Notes: generated from the letters alone by a model not told the origin. 64,000 nt of DNA from an uncultured bacterium (GCA_964612675.1 CAZTDD010000015.1:6300-70299), one strand, 5' to 3'; positions 1-9,649 are shown, counted from the first letter of the stretch. Made by a program: numbers and translations.

Positions 1-214
1 AATTCTGTTATTCATCTGCTCTGAAGCCTTATGTTCTGAAGCCTCTCCGATATCGATTTTGCAGAATCTGAAAATTGAAAAGGGATTCAGCGCCATTCTG
101 CCGACAAGTAGGCGCACGTCAGTTTTTTCGGCTTGTAGCCGGGACAAACGATGTTTATACTGATGGCTCCGGAATTGAGCCGTTGACATTCCGTTTCAAA
201 CAGAAAGGAATCGC

Positions 215-565
215 ATGGTTGATCGTCCACGTCTTATCGAACGTCCGTGGGGAAGGTACCGGGAGTATGCCCGTAACGAGCCCTGCACGGTTTGGATTGT
301 CGAAATGAAGCCGGGGGAAGAGGGCAGCCTGCAGTCGCATCAGAACTTCGACGAACTCTGGATCATGCTGACGGATGGAGCGGAGGTTACTCTTGATGAG
401 AAGGTTCTCCAGCCGAAAGCGCAAGAGGAGATCTTCATTCCGCGTGGAACCAAACATCGTCTGCGGAATCCCAGTAAGGAATTGATCCGTATGATGGAAG
501 TCGCGTACGGCAATGTTCAGGATGACGACAAAGTGCGGTATGACGACAAATACGGTCGGGACTAA
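215..565 (+). CDS. cupin-domain protein (small RmlC-like cupin)
   Basis: 116-aa ORF with double-stranded beta-helix-like motifs (PGEEGSLQSHQNFDELWIML..., IPRGTKHRL). AAAGGA RBS about 8 nt upstream of the ATG. Confidence 0.5.
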   Translation: MVDRPRLIERPWGRYREYARNEPCTVWIVEMKPGEEGSLQSHQNFDELWIMLTDGAEVTLDEKVLQPKAQEEIFIPRGTKHRLRNPSKELIRMMEVAYGNVQDDDKVRYDDKYGRD

Positions 566-592
566 TACGATCCTGGATTCGACGGAAATTCG

Positions 593-1567
593 ATGAGTCC
601 ATCCCTTCTCCCATACAGGATTCTTTGTGTCGGTGACCTCGTGGCCGACATTTTTGCAAGCCCGGTGGGCCGTTTGCCGGAACCCGGTGAGCAGGTGCTG
701 ACAGAGAAGATCGCTGTGTTCCCCGGAGGCAACGCCCTCAACACCGCCATCGCGCTCAGGCGTCTCGGCGACCAGGTCGCCATAGCGGGCAGTATCGGGG
801 ACGATGCATTGGGCGATTTGCTGCTGGGCTCGATTCGGGAACTCGGACTGGATGTCACAGGGGTTTACCGTGAACCGGAAGAAACAACAGCTTCAACCTT
901 CATCTTGCGCGCCGAGGGAGAGGACCGGCGTTTCGTTCACGCTTTGGGCGTTGCCGCCGGTTTTACGGGAAACCACATATCAACTGATCTCATCCCAAGC
1001 GACGGTGTCGTCTTGGTCGGCGGATACCTCAAACTGGGTGCCTGGGACGACGAGATTCTGGCCGAATTTCTGACGTCGGCACAGAAGAAAAATTGCAGGG
1101 TTGTATTGAATGTCTGTCTCGCCAAGGGCAGCGGTGTCGATCCGAAACGATGTCTGAAACTGCTTGAACATGTTGATGTTTTTGTTGTGAATGAAGATGA
1201 AGCCCGGGTTATCACGGAAGAAACATCGCTTGTCCGCCAGGCACACGTCATCCGGGAATCGGGTGCGCGGGTCGCGGTGATCACACGCGGTTCGAGAGGA
1301 CTCCTTGCTGACGACGGCCATTCCACCATCGAGATGGGGGTGTTTCGTGTACCGCTTGTTGATCCCTCGGGCTGCGGAGATTGCTTCAATGCCGGGTTGG
1401 TTGCGGCGTTGGTCCGCGGCTGGGAACTGCCGCGCGTCCTTGAATTCGCTAGCGCAGTCGGGGCTTTAGGTGCAACTGCTCTGGGATGTACGAACGGTGT
1501 ACCGGTTTTCGCAGAGGTTGAACGCTTTCTTGAAGAAAACCGGCTCGAAGATATTTGTGCTCAATAA
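593..1567 (+). CDS. PfkB-family carbohydrate kinase (ribokinase/fructokinase-like)
   Basis: 324 aa. N-terminal GG motif region (FPGGNALNTAIALRRLGDQVAIAGSIGDD) and C-terminal PfkB signature DPSGCGDCFNAGLVAAL. Confidence 0.85.
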   Translation: MSPSLLPYRILCVGDLVADIFASPVGRLPEPGEQVLTEKIAVFPGGNALNTAIALRRLGDQVAIAGSIGDDALGDLLLGSIRELGLDVTGVYREPEETTASTFILRAEGEDRRFVHALGVAAGFTGNHISTDLIPSDGVVLVGGYLKLGAWDDEILAEFLTSAQKKNCRVVLNVCLAKGSGVDPKRCLKLLEHVDVFVVNEDEARVITEETSLVRQAHVIRESGARVAVITRGSRGLLADDGHSTIEMGVFRVPLVDPSGCGDCFNAGLVAALVRGWELPRVLEFASAVGALGATALGCTNGVPVFAEVERFLEENRLEDICAQ

Positions 1568-1653
1568 TCTTTTTTTATGATTCTCAACAAGGGATCGCCC
1601 GCTTGAGGGATTGCCGCGACAATGTATAAAACAAATGTATAAAACATATGCGT

Positions 1654-2277
1654 CTAGAAATCCTCAGCGCTCCCCGCCTGGCCTTGAAATCCCTGTCCGA
1701 GAATCCCCCCATCCGTTGTCATAATGTCCCCGACGCTCACAAGACCGTTCGAGGCATCGTATGCCATCCAGCTCATTACCCGTTGCGGCGAATGAATGTA
1801 CCACCGATCCGGACCGGGACTTCTGGCCACATAATGGGCCTGCGGATGAGCATCGTTTTGCGCGTTCTGCAAATTCCTCTCGCGCATCACATCGATGTTT
1901 CGGTAGTGATAGACGCCGTCCATTACCGCTTCCCACGCTGCCCCGCTGTGTGGATTCTCCTGCGGAATAAACGGGTCAAAAAACGCACTGCTCGAAATAT
2001 AACCTGTTGGGGTCGTGAGCGGCGACCACACCTGAAAACCGCGTTGATAAATCCCCGCGCTCGCCCACTCGTTTGGGTCGGGGATATTGCGATTGTAATC
2101 GATCTCATACATCCCCATCGCTGTCCGAATACTGCGCAAATCTCCCAACGCACGTGAGATTTTTGCTCTCACCTGAGCGTTCAGGAAATTCGGAACAGCA
2201 ATCGCCGCCAAAATCCCTATAATTGCGACAACGATCAGCAGTTCAATGAGCGTGAACCCCTTGCGTCTTGTTCTCAT
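1654..2277 (-). CDS. prepilin-type N-terminal cleavage/methylation domain protein (DUF1559 family, PVC-type pseudopilin-like)
   Basis: N-terminus KGFTLIELLIVVAIIGILAAIAVPNFLNAQVRAK is a canonical type IV pilin-like methylation motif followed by a hydrophobic helix. It is paralogous to the genes at 4806 and 5430. Confidence 0.8.
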   Translation of the reverse strand: MRTRRKGFTLIELLIVVAIIGILAAIAVPNFLNAQVRAKISRALGDLRSIRTAMGMYEIDYNRNIPDPNEWASAGIYQRGFQVWSPLTTPTGYISSSAFFDPFIPQENPHSGAAWEAVMDGVYHYRNIDVMRERNLQNAQNDAHPQAHYVARSPGPDRWYIHSPQRVMSWMAYDASNGLVSVGDIMTTDGGILGQGFQGQAGSAEDF

Positions 2278-2339
2278 TCGACGGCCTCCGTAATCGATGC
2301 CCTTAAGTCGGGGACGGCAAAACGGGCTGAATAAATCGA

Positions 2340-2865
2340 AAGCAGCTGCGATTTACAGAGCGCATCAGGGAGGGCGAAGCTCCAGGGAGGGCGAAGCTCC
2401 TGGGAGGGCGAAGCTCCTGCTGAGCCGATTCGTTCTTCTTTCGGCTCGTCGGGAGACTCGCCCTCCCAATAGACTGACGGTGCAGCAAAAAGTCGGGAGA
2501 GCTCTTCTCCCTCTCCCGGGGGGAGAGGGCCGGGGTGAGGGATCTTTGCATTTTGCGTCACCCCTCCCTCTGTACCTAATGAACTCCTGTCATCACAAAA
2601 ACCTTTTGCCTCTGCTTGATTTGCTGTCTCTGGCGAATACACAAGCGAATAATAATAGCCGAATCCAGTGCAATGATCGCCCCTCACCCTAACCCTCTCC
2701 CGGGGGGAGAGGGAACTTCCGATGCCAACTTCCGACTTTTTGCGACGGCATCCCTCTTGGGGGAGAAGACGCTGCAGACACGCTCGTCTTGAGCGACCGG
2801 GCACATGGGTAACACTTTTCCTCCCCCGAAGATCGGGGGAGGTGTAGGAGGGGGTTGAAATCTCT
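2340..2865. repeat. mosaic cluster of short palindromic interspersed repeats (REP/BIME-like)
   Basis: Contains a 17-bp tandem repeat x3 (2368-2418, gggagggcgaagctccW) that pairs with an inverted copy at 2442-2467 to form a roughly 26-bp stem hairpin. The palindrome ccctctccc-ggg-gggagaggg is at 2509-2529, with a near copy at 2694-2713. The palindrome cctcccccgaagatcgggggagg at 2819-2841 is followed by the gtaggagggggttgaaatc module. All have copies elsewhere in the window. Confidence 0.8.
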
Positions 2866-2909
2866 TTCGTGGACTTTTCGCCGTACCGTCATAGACTCTC
2901 CATGTCCCG

Positions 2910-4449
2910 TTACCGAATCATCCACTCCTCGATCAACGTCGGTGGACCGCCGAGATTAAGAACCCCATAGCTCGATTCCACGTGCGGTGTGCCTTGCCAG
3001 CGCAATTGGGAATCCGGCTCGGCTCCCGCCTCATCGTCATCGTCATCATTGACTGCCATATTGATGCCTACCTTGTCGACACTTACCAGAGTTTCCTTCT
3101 TGAAACGCATCTCACCGACCCATTCGCCGTCCACAATCGTTGCCCGCGCCCACCAATCGTCGGCATCCGTTTCGCCGATCATGACAAAGTCAGCCGGTGA
3201 TGTATTGGAATCGCGGGTCGCGTTCCCGGCGGTGATTACATACTGACCTTCGATCAGATCGGGGCTGCCGTAACGATTGTTGCTGGTATCCTCGCCATGA
3301 TTGAGGTCGTGATCGATGAAAACTTCCATCGAATCGTCATTCCATGTATTCCCATTATGGGACCCTTCAGGCTCGGTATCGATCACGATTTCGTCGTCCT
3401 GTACCACGACTCCGACATAAAGCCACGTATCATCGTGCATGATGTACGCATCGTACGACAGATCCTCGGGGGAAATTATCAACTGGTTGGCAACGTCGAC
3501 CCCTTGAGAGGGGGTGACCGTTTGCACGTCCGCTTTCTCCCAATCGGCTTCGTCCATCACGCCATCGATGGTGACCGGTCCGCCCACCAGAGGAGCATTT
3601 ATCTCACGCGGCCCGAAATAGAGAGTGCCGTAAGTGGACTCGCGGTGTGCCTCTCCCGCCCATCGCATCTGGTATCGAGCGGTGGTCTCATCGTCGTCGT
3701 CATTCACAGCGACATTGAATCCGATTTTCGACCCTTTTGTGGGATTGCCGATCTTGGAGAGCTTGATCTTGAACTCGGCCTCATATCCGGTATCGGTCCA
3801 TTCCACCCGTCCGTACCAGTCACCATTCTCACCGAACTCAGGGTCGCCGGCTTCCTTATCGCGCCTCGCGTTCACCGCGGTCAGGACAAATTGGCCGCCG
3901 GTTGCGAACTCTCTGGCCTGATCGTCGGCGGATGCCTGCGTGAGCGGAGTATCAAACCGGCTGTAATCCCCGTCAATGAAAATCTCGACCGAATCGTCGT
4001 TCCAGGTCTGCCCGTCTTCACTCTCCGGGTCCGCATCATTGGCCGCGACCCAGTCATCGGTTACACTGACGGCCAAGTATAGATACTCGTCATCATAAAT
4101 ACTGTACACCTCATAGGAACAATCGCTCGTGTCAAACGGCATCTCATCCGGCTTGATAGATTCCACTACCCCAGTCTGAAGAACCCCTTCGTAGTTCCAT
4201 TCGTAGTCCCACCGGACGTACCAATAGGAACCGGAGGCGCCCGAGCTATTGGGAGAGAATCGCCATTCCTCTGCATCGATGAACCCGTCTATCGTTGGGG
4301 CTACCGTTCCTTGGTCAGCGTAAAACGAGACCGGTCCCGTGGTCATATACGGCGTTACAGCAGCGAATGAGACAAATGGTACAGCTGCGCACAGAGATAC
4401 AAACACAACCGCTTTGACTACGCCTGAAAACCGGATACCATTCTTCATG
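2910..4449 (-). CDS. secreted protein with two CBM9-like / DOMON-like carbohydrate-binding domains
   Basis: Signal peptide MKNGIRFSGVVKAVVFVSLCAAVPFVSFAAV. Two internal repeats carry the motif TIDGxxDxxEW ... LYLxVxVxDD ... NDDSxExFID. The six-frame ORF extends to 4583, but MKNG at 4449 is the plausible start. Confidence 0.6.
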
Positions 4450-4586
4450 ATGCTTTTCCCTTTCCACCGAGTTTTGTCTTGTAACTGCCGCATCCAGGAT
4501 ACCGGCAGGTAAGAAGACGGATTTGTGATGGAGTCGTACGATCTATTTCTCACGACGATACTCCACTTTGTGCACCATGTCAATCA

Positions 4587-4619
4587 CCTGGTGAAAGCCT
4601 GGTGAAAGCCTGGTGAAAC
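4587..4619. repeat. 11-bp direct tandem repeat x3 (cctggtgaaag) in divergent promoter region
   Basis: cctggtgaaag cctggtgaaag cctggtgaaac read directly. It lies between the CBM9-like gene (minus strand) and the DUF1559 gene (plus strand). Confidence 0.7.
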
Positions 4620-4805
4620 CCGAAATAAGGACTTGAACTTCTTGGATTTTCGGCGTAAAAAAAACACAGATGCCAGTGGCAGGTTGGGCATCTGTCGGCT
4701 GAACTCGGCACATGGGGCATTCCCGGAGCCGAATTCAGAGCAATCCAGACCTTGCAGGTCGCGGTAACGAGGTCGATACAAAGGTCTCAATCAAAGGAGA
4801 GAACA

Positions 4806-5378
4806 ATGCGAGCCGGCTTTACTCTTATTGAACTGCTCATTGTAGTGGCGATCATCGGTATTCTGGCTGCTATCGCTGTTCCCAATTTTCTGAACGCGCA
4901 AATGCGGGCGAAAATCGCCAATGCGGAGTCCGATATGCGTTCGTTGGATACTGCGCTTGAAATGTACCGGATGGACAACAATCACTACCCCCTCTGGCGG
5001 GATTCCAGCGGGACAAACGTTAACCCGGTCAATCGCCGTTTGATCCCTCTGACCTCACCGATCTCGTACATCAGCGCTGTTCCTCAGGATCCCTTTGTCT
5101 ACGGCCCGCCGGGCGCACGTCTCGACAACGCACAACACGAAGCGTATGTGACTTACGACTACATTGAATCTCAGTCCCAGTTCAACCACGGAAACATCCC
5201 CCTCGGTCCCGCGTGGCGCTGTTCGGAATGGCGTCTCAACGGCTACGGTCCCGATGGGACCAACGATGTGGCGGCGCTGACCTATGCTGCGTCCAACGGA
5301 TTGAGGAGCCGGGGCGACCTGATCCGCCTTGGTCCCAAAACCAGTTACGCATGTGATGACTCATGGGTCGGATTGTAG
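4806..5378 (+). CDS. prepilin-type N-terminal cleavage/methylation domain protein (DUF1559 family)
   Basis: MRAGFTLIELLIVVAIIGILAAIAVPNFLNAQMRAK. AAAGGAG RBS 6 nt upstream. The six-frame ORF starts at 4752, but the ATG at 4806 fits the RBS. Confidence 0.8.
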   Translation: MRAGFTLIELLIVVAIIGILAAIAVPNFLNAQMRAKIANAESDMRSLDTALEMYRMDNNHYPLWRDSSGTNVNPVNRRLIPLTSPISYISAVPQDPFVYGPPGARLDNAQHEAYVTYDYIESQSQFNHGNIPLGPAWRCSEWRLNGYGPDGTNDVAALTYAASNGLRSRGDLIRLGPKTSYACDDSWVGL

Positions 5379-5429
5379 GCGTACCCTCCACTGTGTATGT
5401 TGGTACCATCATTCTCAGAAAGGCAGGCA

Positions 5430-6014
5430 ATGCAGTTTCGGAAGTATTTCCAATCCACTCGTACTCCTTTTTGTCACGCATTTACTTTGATTGAACTACT
5501 GATCGTCGTCGCAATCATTGGAATTCTTGCCGCCATCGCGGTTCCGAATTTCCTCAACGCTCAGGTCCGGGCGAAGGTTGCCCGCGCGGAAGGGGATCAC
5601 CGCTCCATTGCGACCGCATTGGAAACGTACCGATTGGACTACAATATGTACCCCTATAGATCCGAATTATCCATCGGCTCGCGGTTGGAGTTCTACCGGC
5701 GTCTTACCACACCCGTAGCGTATCTTTCCAGCGGAGTTCGGGACCCGTTTTATAAACTCACGTCAAAAGACGAAGGGATTCCCTGGGCGGATTATTATCC
5801 GTTTCAGGATCCGGACTATACGGACCAACAGAAGATCTCCGGTTACTACGATTACATGCCGGAAGAAAAGACTCGCCGAAACCGATGGGTCTTGTTATCC
5901 GCCGGTCCCGATGGCGACTACGACAACTCACCGACAAGCTACCGAGGCAAAATCCCCTACGACAGCTCCAATGGGGTGGGCAGTTTCGGCGACATTATGC
6001 GCTTCGGTCCCTGA
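5430..6014 (+). CDS. prepilin-type N-terminal cleavage/methylation domain protein (DUF1559 family)
   Basis: MQFRKYFQSTRTPFCHAFTLIELLIVVAIIGILAAIAVPNFLNAQVRAK. The C-terminal SAGPDGDYDNS motif is shared with the other two paralogs. Confidence 0.8.
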   Translation: MQFRKYFQSTRTPFCHAFTLIELLIVVAIIGILAAIAVPNFLNAQVRAKVARAEGDHRSIATALETYRLDYNMYPYRSELSIGSRLEFYRRLTTPVAYLSSGVRDPFYKLTSKDEGIPWADYYPFQDPDYTDQQKISGYYDYMPEEKTRRNRWVLLSAGPDGDYDNSPTSYRGKIPYDSSNGVGSFGDIMRFGP

Positions 6015-6188
6015 CGTTATATTCTCGCGTTGACTTTCTGATCAAGCCAATCGCAGGTTCTAACACTGTCCGCTCTTTTAAGACGAATATTGAGAGCCGG
6101 ACTCTCAAATCAATGCTATACTTGTTTTGTGGAAGACGTACCCGAGGATGAGCGGTTTGCCGTTCAACGCAACGGCGGGGTTGGTTCC

Positions 6189-6407
6189 ATGATTACATGT
6201 CTTCCCAAAGAACTGATTTTCATGGCAGCGGTCTTTGTCTGTCTCCACACCCTGTGGAACATCCCCAAAGACATTTCCACAATCGGTCGCCTGATTCAGC
6301 GCAAAGCACCGAAACGTGAGCTCGTATCCTCACTGATTGCGACGGCTCTCTTTTGGGGGATTACCGCTTTCGTTCTGTGGATCTTCCTTACGGAAATCTT
6401 CGATTAA
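6189..6407 (+). CDS. possible small two-helix membrane protein (hypothetical)
   Basis: MITCLPKELIFMAAVFVCLHTLW...LIATALFWGITAFVLWIFLTEIFD has two hydrophobic segments. Local GC is lower than the surroundings and there is no convincing RBS. Confidence 0.25.
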   Translation: MITCLPKELIFMAAVFVCLHTLWNIPKDISTIGRLIQRKAPKRELVSSLIATALFWGITAFVLWIFLTEIFD

Positions 6408-6752
6408 CGCCAACATATGCCTCAACGCATACCTTTCATTTTAGAAGGTGCCAACCCAGTTCCGCTTGTTGACCCGATGCACATTACTTTACGGGTAGCT
6501 CCGATTGCACAAGCGGTTAATAGAAACCTGCCGATTTCGGAAAGCTCTCTACTTGGAAGAATCCCGGCATTTCGGGGGATTCTTCAAAACGCCTGCACAA
6601 ACAGGTATATCTTGTCGGCTAAGTCAATCGGAGTGGCGAAGCCACAAGAGGCTAGCCAAATACGTTTCGCTTTGGTGCTCACAAGCTTCTCTCCTACCCC
6701 GTTGACTTTTTACCGCCGCGTCAAGCCTGATGGGACCGCAAAAAGTCGCGGG

Positions 6753-6937
6753 GGGTAAGAATAGAGAAGTATTCAACCCCCTCTTTATCTCCCCCAAACT
6801 TTGGGGGAGAAAACGCAGACGGACTTGGCTTGATACAGAGCTTGTTTCTTTTTCCTCCCCCGAAGATCCGGGGAGGAATCTCATGGCTTGCCGAAGGCAA
6901 ACATGAGAGCCGTAGAGGAGGTGGTTGAGATCTGTTT
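6753..6937. repeat. REP/BIME-like mosaic repeat cluster
   Basis: Modules, each with copies elsewhere: ggggggtaagaatagagaagtattcaaccccctc (reverse of the unit at 19941-19975), palindrome tctcccccaaactttgggggaga (6781-6803), palindrome cctcccccgaagatccggggagg (6854-6876), and the nested palindrome aatctcatggcttgccgaaggcaaacatgagagccgtagaggaggtggttgagatc (6877-6933). Confidence 0.8.
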
Positions 6938-7078
6938 TGCCTACGCCTTGTCGCTCCGCCTGGTGGCCGATTGAGTTGCTGTACCGCCGCCAATTCCGCA
7001 GACTCTGTGAAAGATCTTCTGCCTTCTCTTTGTGATTGGTATGATTGAATTGTCTCATATTCTTCTGTCTATACCGAT

Positions 7079-9595
7079 TTGCGTTCATCAGAAATCACCA
7101 TGGATCTCCTCAAAAACAAATCCTCCCGTTTCCTTGGAAATGAAGCCGACATTCTGTTCAGGAACTCTTCGGACTGTATTGCCGTTCTCTCCACCGAAGG
7201 AGTGATCGAATCGGTTAACCCTTCCTTCGCGGACTTCATGGCCGGTTCTGTCGAACAGTGGTTCGAAACGCGATTCCTCAACCACGTGCCCGAAGAAGAA
7301 CGAGAATCGGTTGAGCGATTTCTCTCCGATGTAATGCAGACTCCTCGCGGGCACTCTCTTCAAACCCGGCTCCTGACTCCTTCCGGTGAAGAACTCGAGG
7401 TTGACTTATGCGGTGCGCCGATTGTTGGAACCGAGCATGATGTTCACGTGTTACTCATCCTGCGTGATCGCACTGACCGAGACCGCCTTCGAGAGCACCT
7501 CCGCGAGCACGCTCACCAGCTGGCGGAACGTGTCAAAGAACTCGATTGTCTCTACGCAATTTCACGAGTCTTCGAAGAACCCACGGGGACATTTGACGAC
7601 AAGATGAATGCCATCGCCTCCCTTCTGCCACAGGGATGGCATTATCCCGAAATTACGTCCGCACGAATCAAACTCGGAGATAGGACGTACATGTCCTCCG
7701 GATTTCAGGAGACACCCTGGCGTCAACGCAGTCCCATCACGTTAAACGGAAACGTCATCGGAGAACTGGAGGTTGTCTATCGCGAAGAGCGCCCTCCCAT
7801 GGACGAAGGTCCATTTCTTCGTGAGGAACGAACGCTGATCGATTCGATCGCGGGTCGGATCTCACGTTTCTACGACCGTCATATCGCACACAAACGGTTA
7901 GAGGAAAGCGAAGCGAGGTATCGAAATTTCATCAACAACATACCCATTTCCGTGTGTCGAACGACGCCCGGCCCGAACGGCCGTGTGCTCATGGCCAATA
8001 CGCGCATGGCGGAAATATTCGGATATGGTTCGGTCGAAGAACTAAAGAAGATCCATGCGTCCGACCTGTACAGAAAGCCCGAACAGAGGGGACTGTTTTC
8101 GCAGAGCATGCTTGATCGAGGTGATGTTGTTTGGGAAGAAGTCGATATGCAACGCCGGGACGGTACGCTGCTCCGGGTTCGCCTCAGTGGTTCTGTCATT
8201 CGAAACGAGCGTGGCGATGTCGAGTATTTCGACTGCTTCATTGAAGACATCACGGCGAAACATCGTGCCGAACAGGAAAAGGCGATGCTGGAGGAGCAGC
8301 TACGGAACATGGTCGTTGAAGCGATCGTTACGGTCTCCGGCGACCTCCGGGTGCTCTCGCTTAATGACGCGGCCGCGGCTCTTTTCTCTCAAGAGGAGGA
8401 ACAGCTGGAAGGGCGCGATTTCCGGGAACTGTGTGGCGATGCGCTCGTCGGGCTGGCGGATACCGTAGAACGGGCTATGCGCGAGGGCGACTTTGTACGC
8501 GATTATCAGAGAACCGTGTTTCGTGAGGGAGTCGAGTATGTCTACTCGATCAATGTCACTCCTCTTCGATCTGAAAAACAGACACGCGGTATCGTTGTAG
8601 TCCGCGATGTCACACGTATCCGCGACCTCGAAAAACAGGTCTCGGGAAGATTCCCGGCCGTCACGATTGTTGGAAAAAGTCCGGTGATGACCCAGGTCTT
8701 CGAGATGATCCTCGACGTGGCCGACACCTCCACTACAGTGCTCGTCGAGGGCGAAAGCGGGACCGGCAAAGAACTGATCGCTTCCGCGATACACCATCAG
8801 AGTCCGCGCAAAGGCGGTCCTTTTGTCCGTGTGAATTGTGTGGCTCTTTCGGAAACACTTCTTGAAAGCGAGTTGTTCGGACACGTCCGCGGAGCGTTTA
8901 CCGGAGCGAACCGGGACAAAGCCGGGCGTTTTGAATTGGCGCACGGCGGGACGATTTTCCTGGATGAAATCGGAGACATCTCCCCCGCAATGCAGCAACA
9001 CCTGCTTCGCGTTCTTCAGGAGCGCGAAATCGAACGCGTGGGTTCTACACGGACCATCAAGGTCGACGTGCGGGTCATTGCCGCTACCAATCAGTCGCTG
9101 GAAACCCTGGTTCAAGCCGGACGCTTTCGAGAGGATCTCTATTACCGCTTGAATGTTGTCCGAATGCGTGTCCCTCCGTTGCGAGAACGACAGGAGGATA
9201 TTCCGCTGCTGCTGACTCACTTCCTGCGTCGCATCAAAAAACGCACGGGAAGAGAGGTGAAAGGAATCCTCCCGGAAAGCATGGAAATCCTCGTCAATTA
9301 CCATTGGCCGGGTAATGTGCGCCAACTGGAAAACGCACTCGAGCGCGCGGCGGTCCTCAGCCGTGACGGATTCATTCACCCGGATCACCTCCCCCCCGAA
9401 ATCCGAACAGGTCCTTCCGTCCCCGTGACCGACCAGACTCCGTTGGACGATTCTGCGGAGAAAGAAAAAGTCTATCGAGTGCTCGAACAAGCAGGATGGA
9501 ACCGCATGGAAGCGGCAAAACGTCTCGGTGTCAGCCGCTCCACTCTCTGGCGAATGATGAAAAAACACAACATCCACCATCCCGCCAAATCCTAA
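7079..9595 (+). CDS. sigma-54-dependent transcriptional activator with PAS and GAF-like sensor domains and a Fis-type HTH (no receiver domain)
   Basis: 838 aa with an N-terminal PAS, a GAF-like segment and two further PAS-like segments. It carries the AAA+ sigma-54 interaction domain (Walker A GESGTGKELIASAIH), the GAFTGA motif (GHVRGAFTGA) and a C-terminal HTH (AAKRLGVSRSTLWRMMKKH). Confidence 0.9.
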   Translation: MRSSEITMDLLKNKSSRFLGNEADILFRNSSDCIAVLSTEGVIESVNPSFADFMAGSVEQWFETRFLNHVPEEERESVERFLSDVMQTPRGHSLQTRLLTPSGEELEVDLCGAPIVGTEHDVHVLLILRDRTDRDRLREHLREHAHQLAERVKELDCLYAISRVFEEPTGTFDDKMNAIASLLPQGWHYPEITSARIKLGDRTYMSSGFQETPWRQRSPITLNGNVIGELEVVYREERPPMDEGPFLREERTLIDSIAGRISRFYDRHIAHKRLEESEARYRNFINNIPISVCRTTPGPNGRVLMANTRMAEIFGYGSVEELKKIHASDLYRKPEQRGLFSQSMLDRGDVVWEEVDMQRRDGTLLRVRLSGSVIRNERGDVEYFDCFIEDITAKHRAEQEKAMLEEQLRNMVVEAIVTVSGDLRVLSLNDAAAALFSQEEEQLEGRDFRELCGDALVGLADTVERAMREGDFVRDYQRTVFREGVEYVYSINVTPLRSEKQTRGIVVVRDVTRIRDLEKQVSGRFPAVTIVGKSPVMTQVFEMILDVADTSTTVLVEGESGTGKELIASAIHHQSPRKGGPFVRVNCVALSETLLESELFGHVRGAFTGANRDKAGRFELAHGGTIFLDEIGDISPAMQQHLLRVLQEREIERVGSTRTIKVDVRVIAATNQSLETLVQAGRFREDLYYRLNVVRMRVPPLRERQEDIPLLLTHFLRRIKKRTGREVKGILPESMEILVNYHWPGNVRQLENALERAAVLSRDGFIHPDHLPPEIRTGPSVPVTDQTPLDDSAEKEKVYRVLEQAGWNRMEAAKRLGVSRSTLWRMMKKHNIHHPAKS

Positions 9596-9649
9596 CTTCC
9601 TTTATTTGAGTGAAATACGTTGCATTTGAAACAAAACGTTTGACACGTA

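Noticed and set aside
547-600. tmRNA-like 5-prime motif cctggattcgacgg
   Set aside because: It lies in the 27-nt cupin/PfkB intergenic junction. There is no tRNA-like 3-prime domain or tag ORF context. It is a coincidental match to a short consensus.
2368-2418. Possible CRISPR array
   Set aside because: The repeats are directly adjacent with no spacers. There are only three copies and no cas genes. They form a hairpin with a downstream inverted copy, so this is a REP-type element.
2274-2925. ORFs 2274-2804, 2297-2692, 2303-2551 and 2689-2925
   Set aside because: They lie entirely within the palindromic repeat cluster. Their 'proteins' are translations of repeats (PLPGGEGRGEG and similar).
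3297-4082. 261-aa plus-strand ORF, plus other ORFs antisense to the CBM9-like gene
   Set aside because: They are opposite the repeat-containing CBM9-like CDS, which has a signal peptide and duplicated domains. No support.
6417-6758. 113-aa plus-strand ORF
   Set aside because: Its composition is unlike the neighbouring genes, there is no RBS, and it runs into the REP cluster. It is kept only as part of the low-coding-region finding.
8300-9580. 426-aa minus-strand ORF
   Set aside because: It is antisense to the sigma-54 activator, whose AAA+ and HTH motifs are unambiguous on the plus strand.
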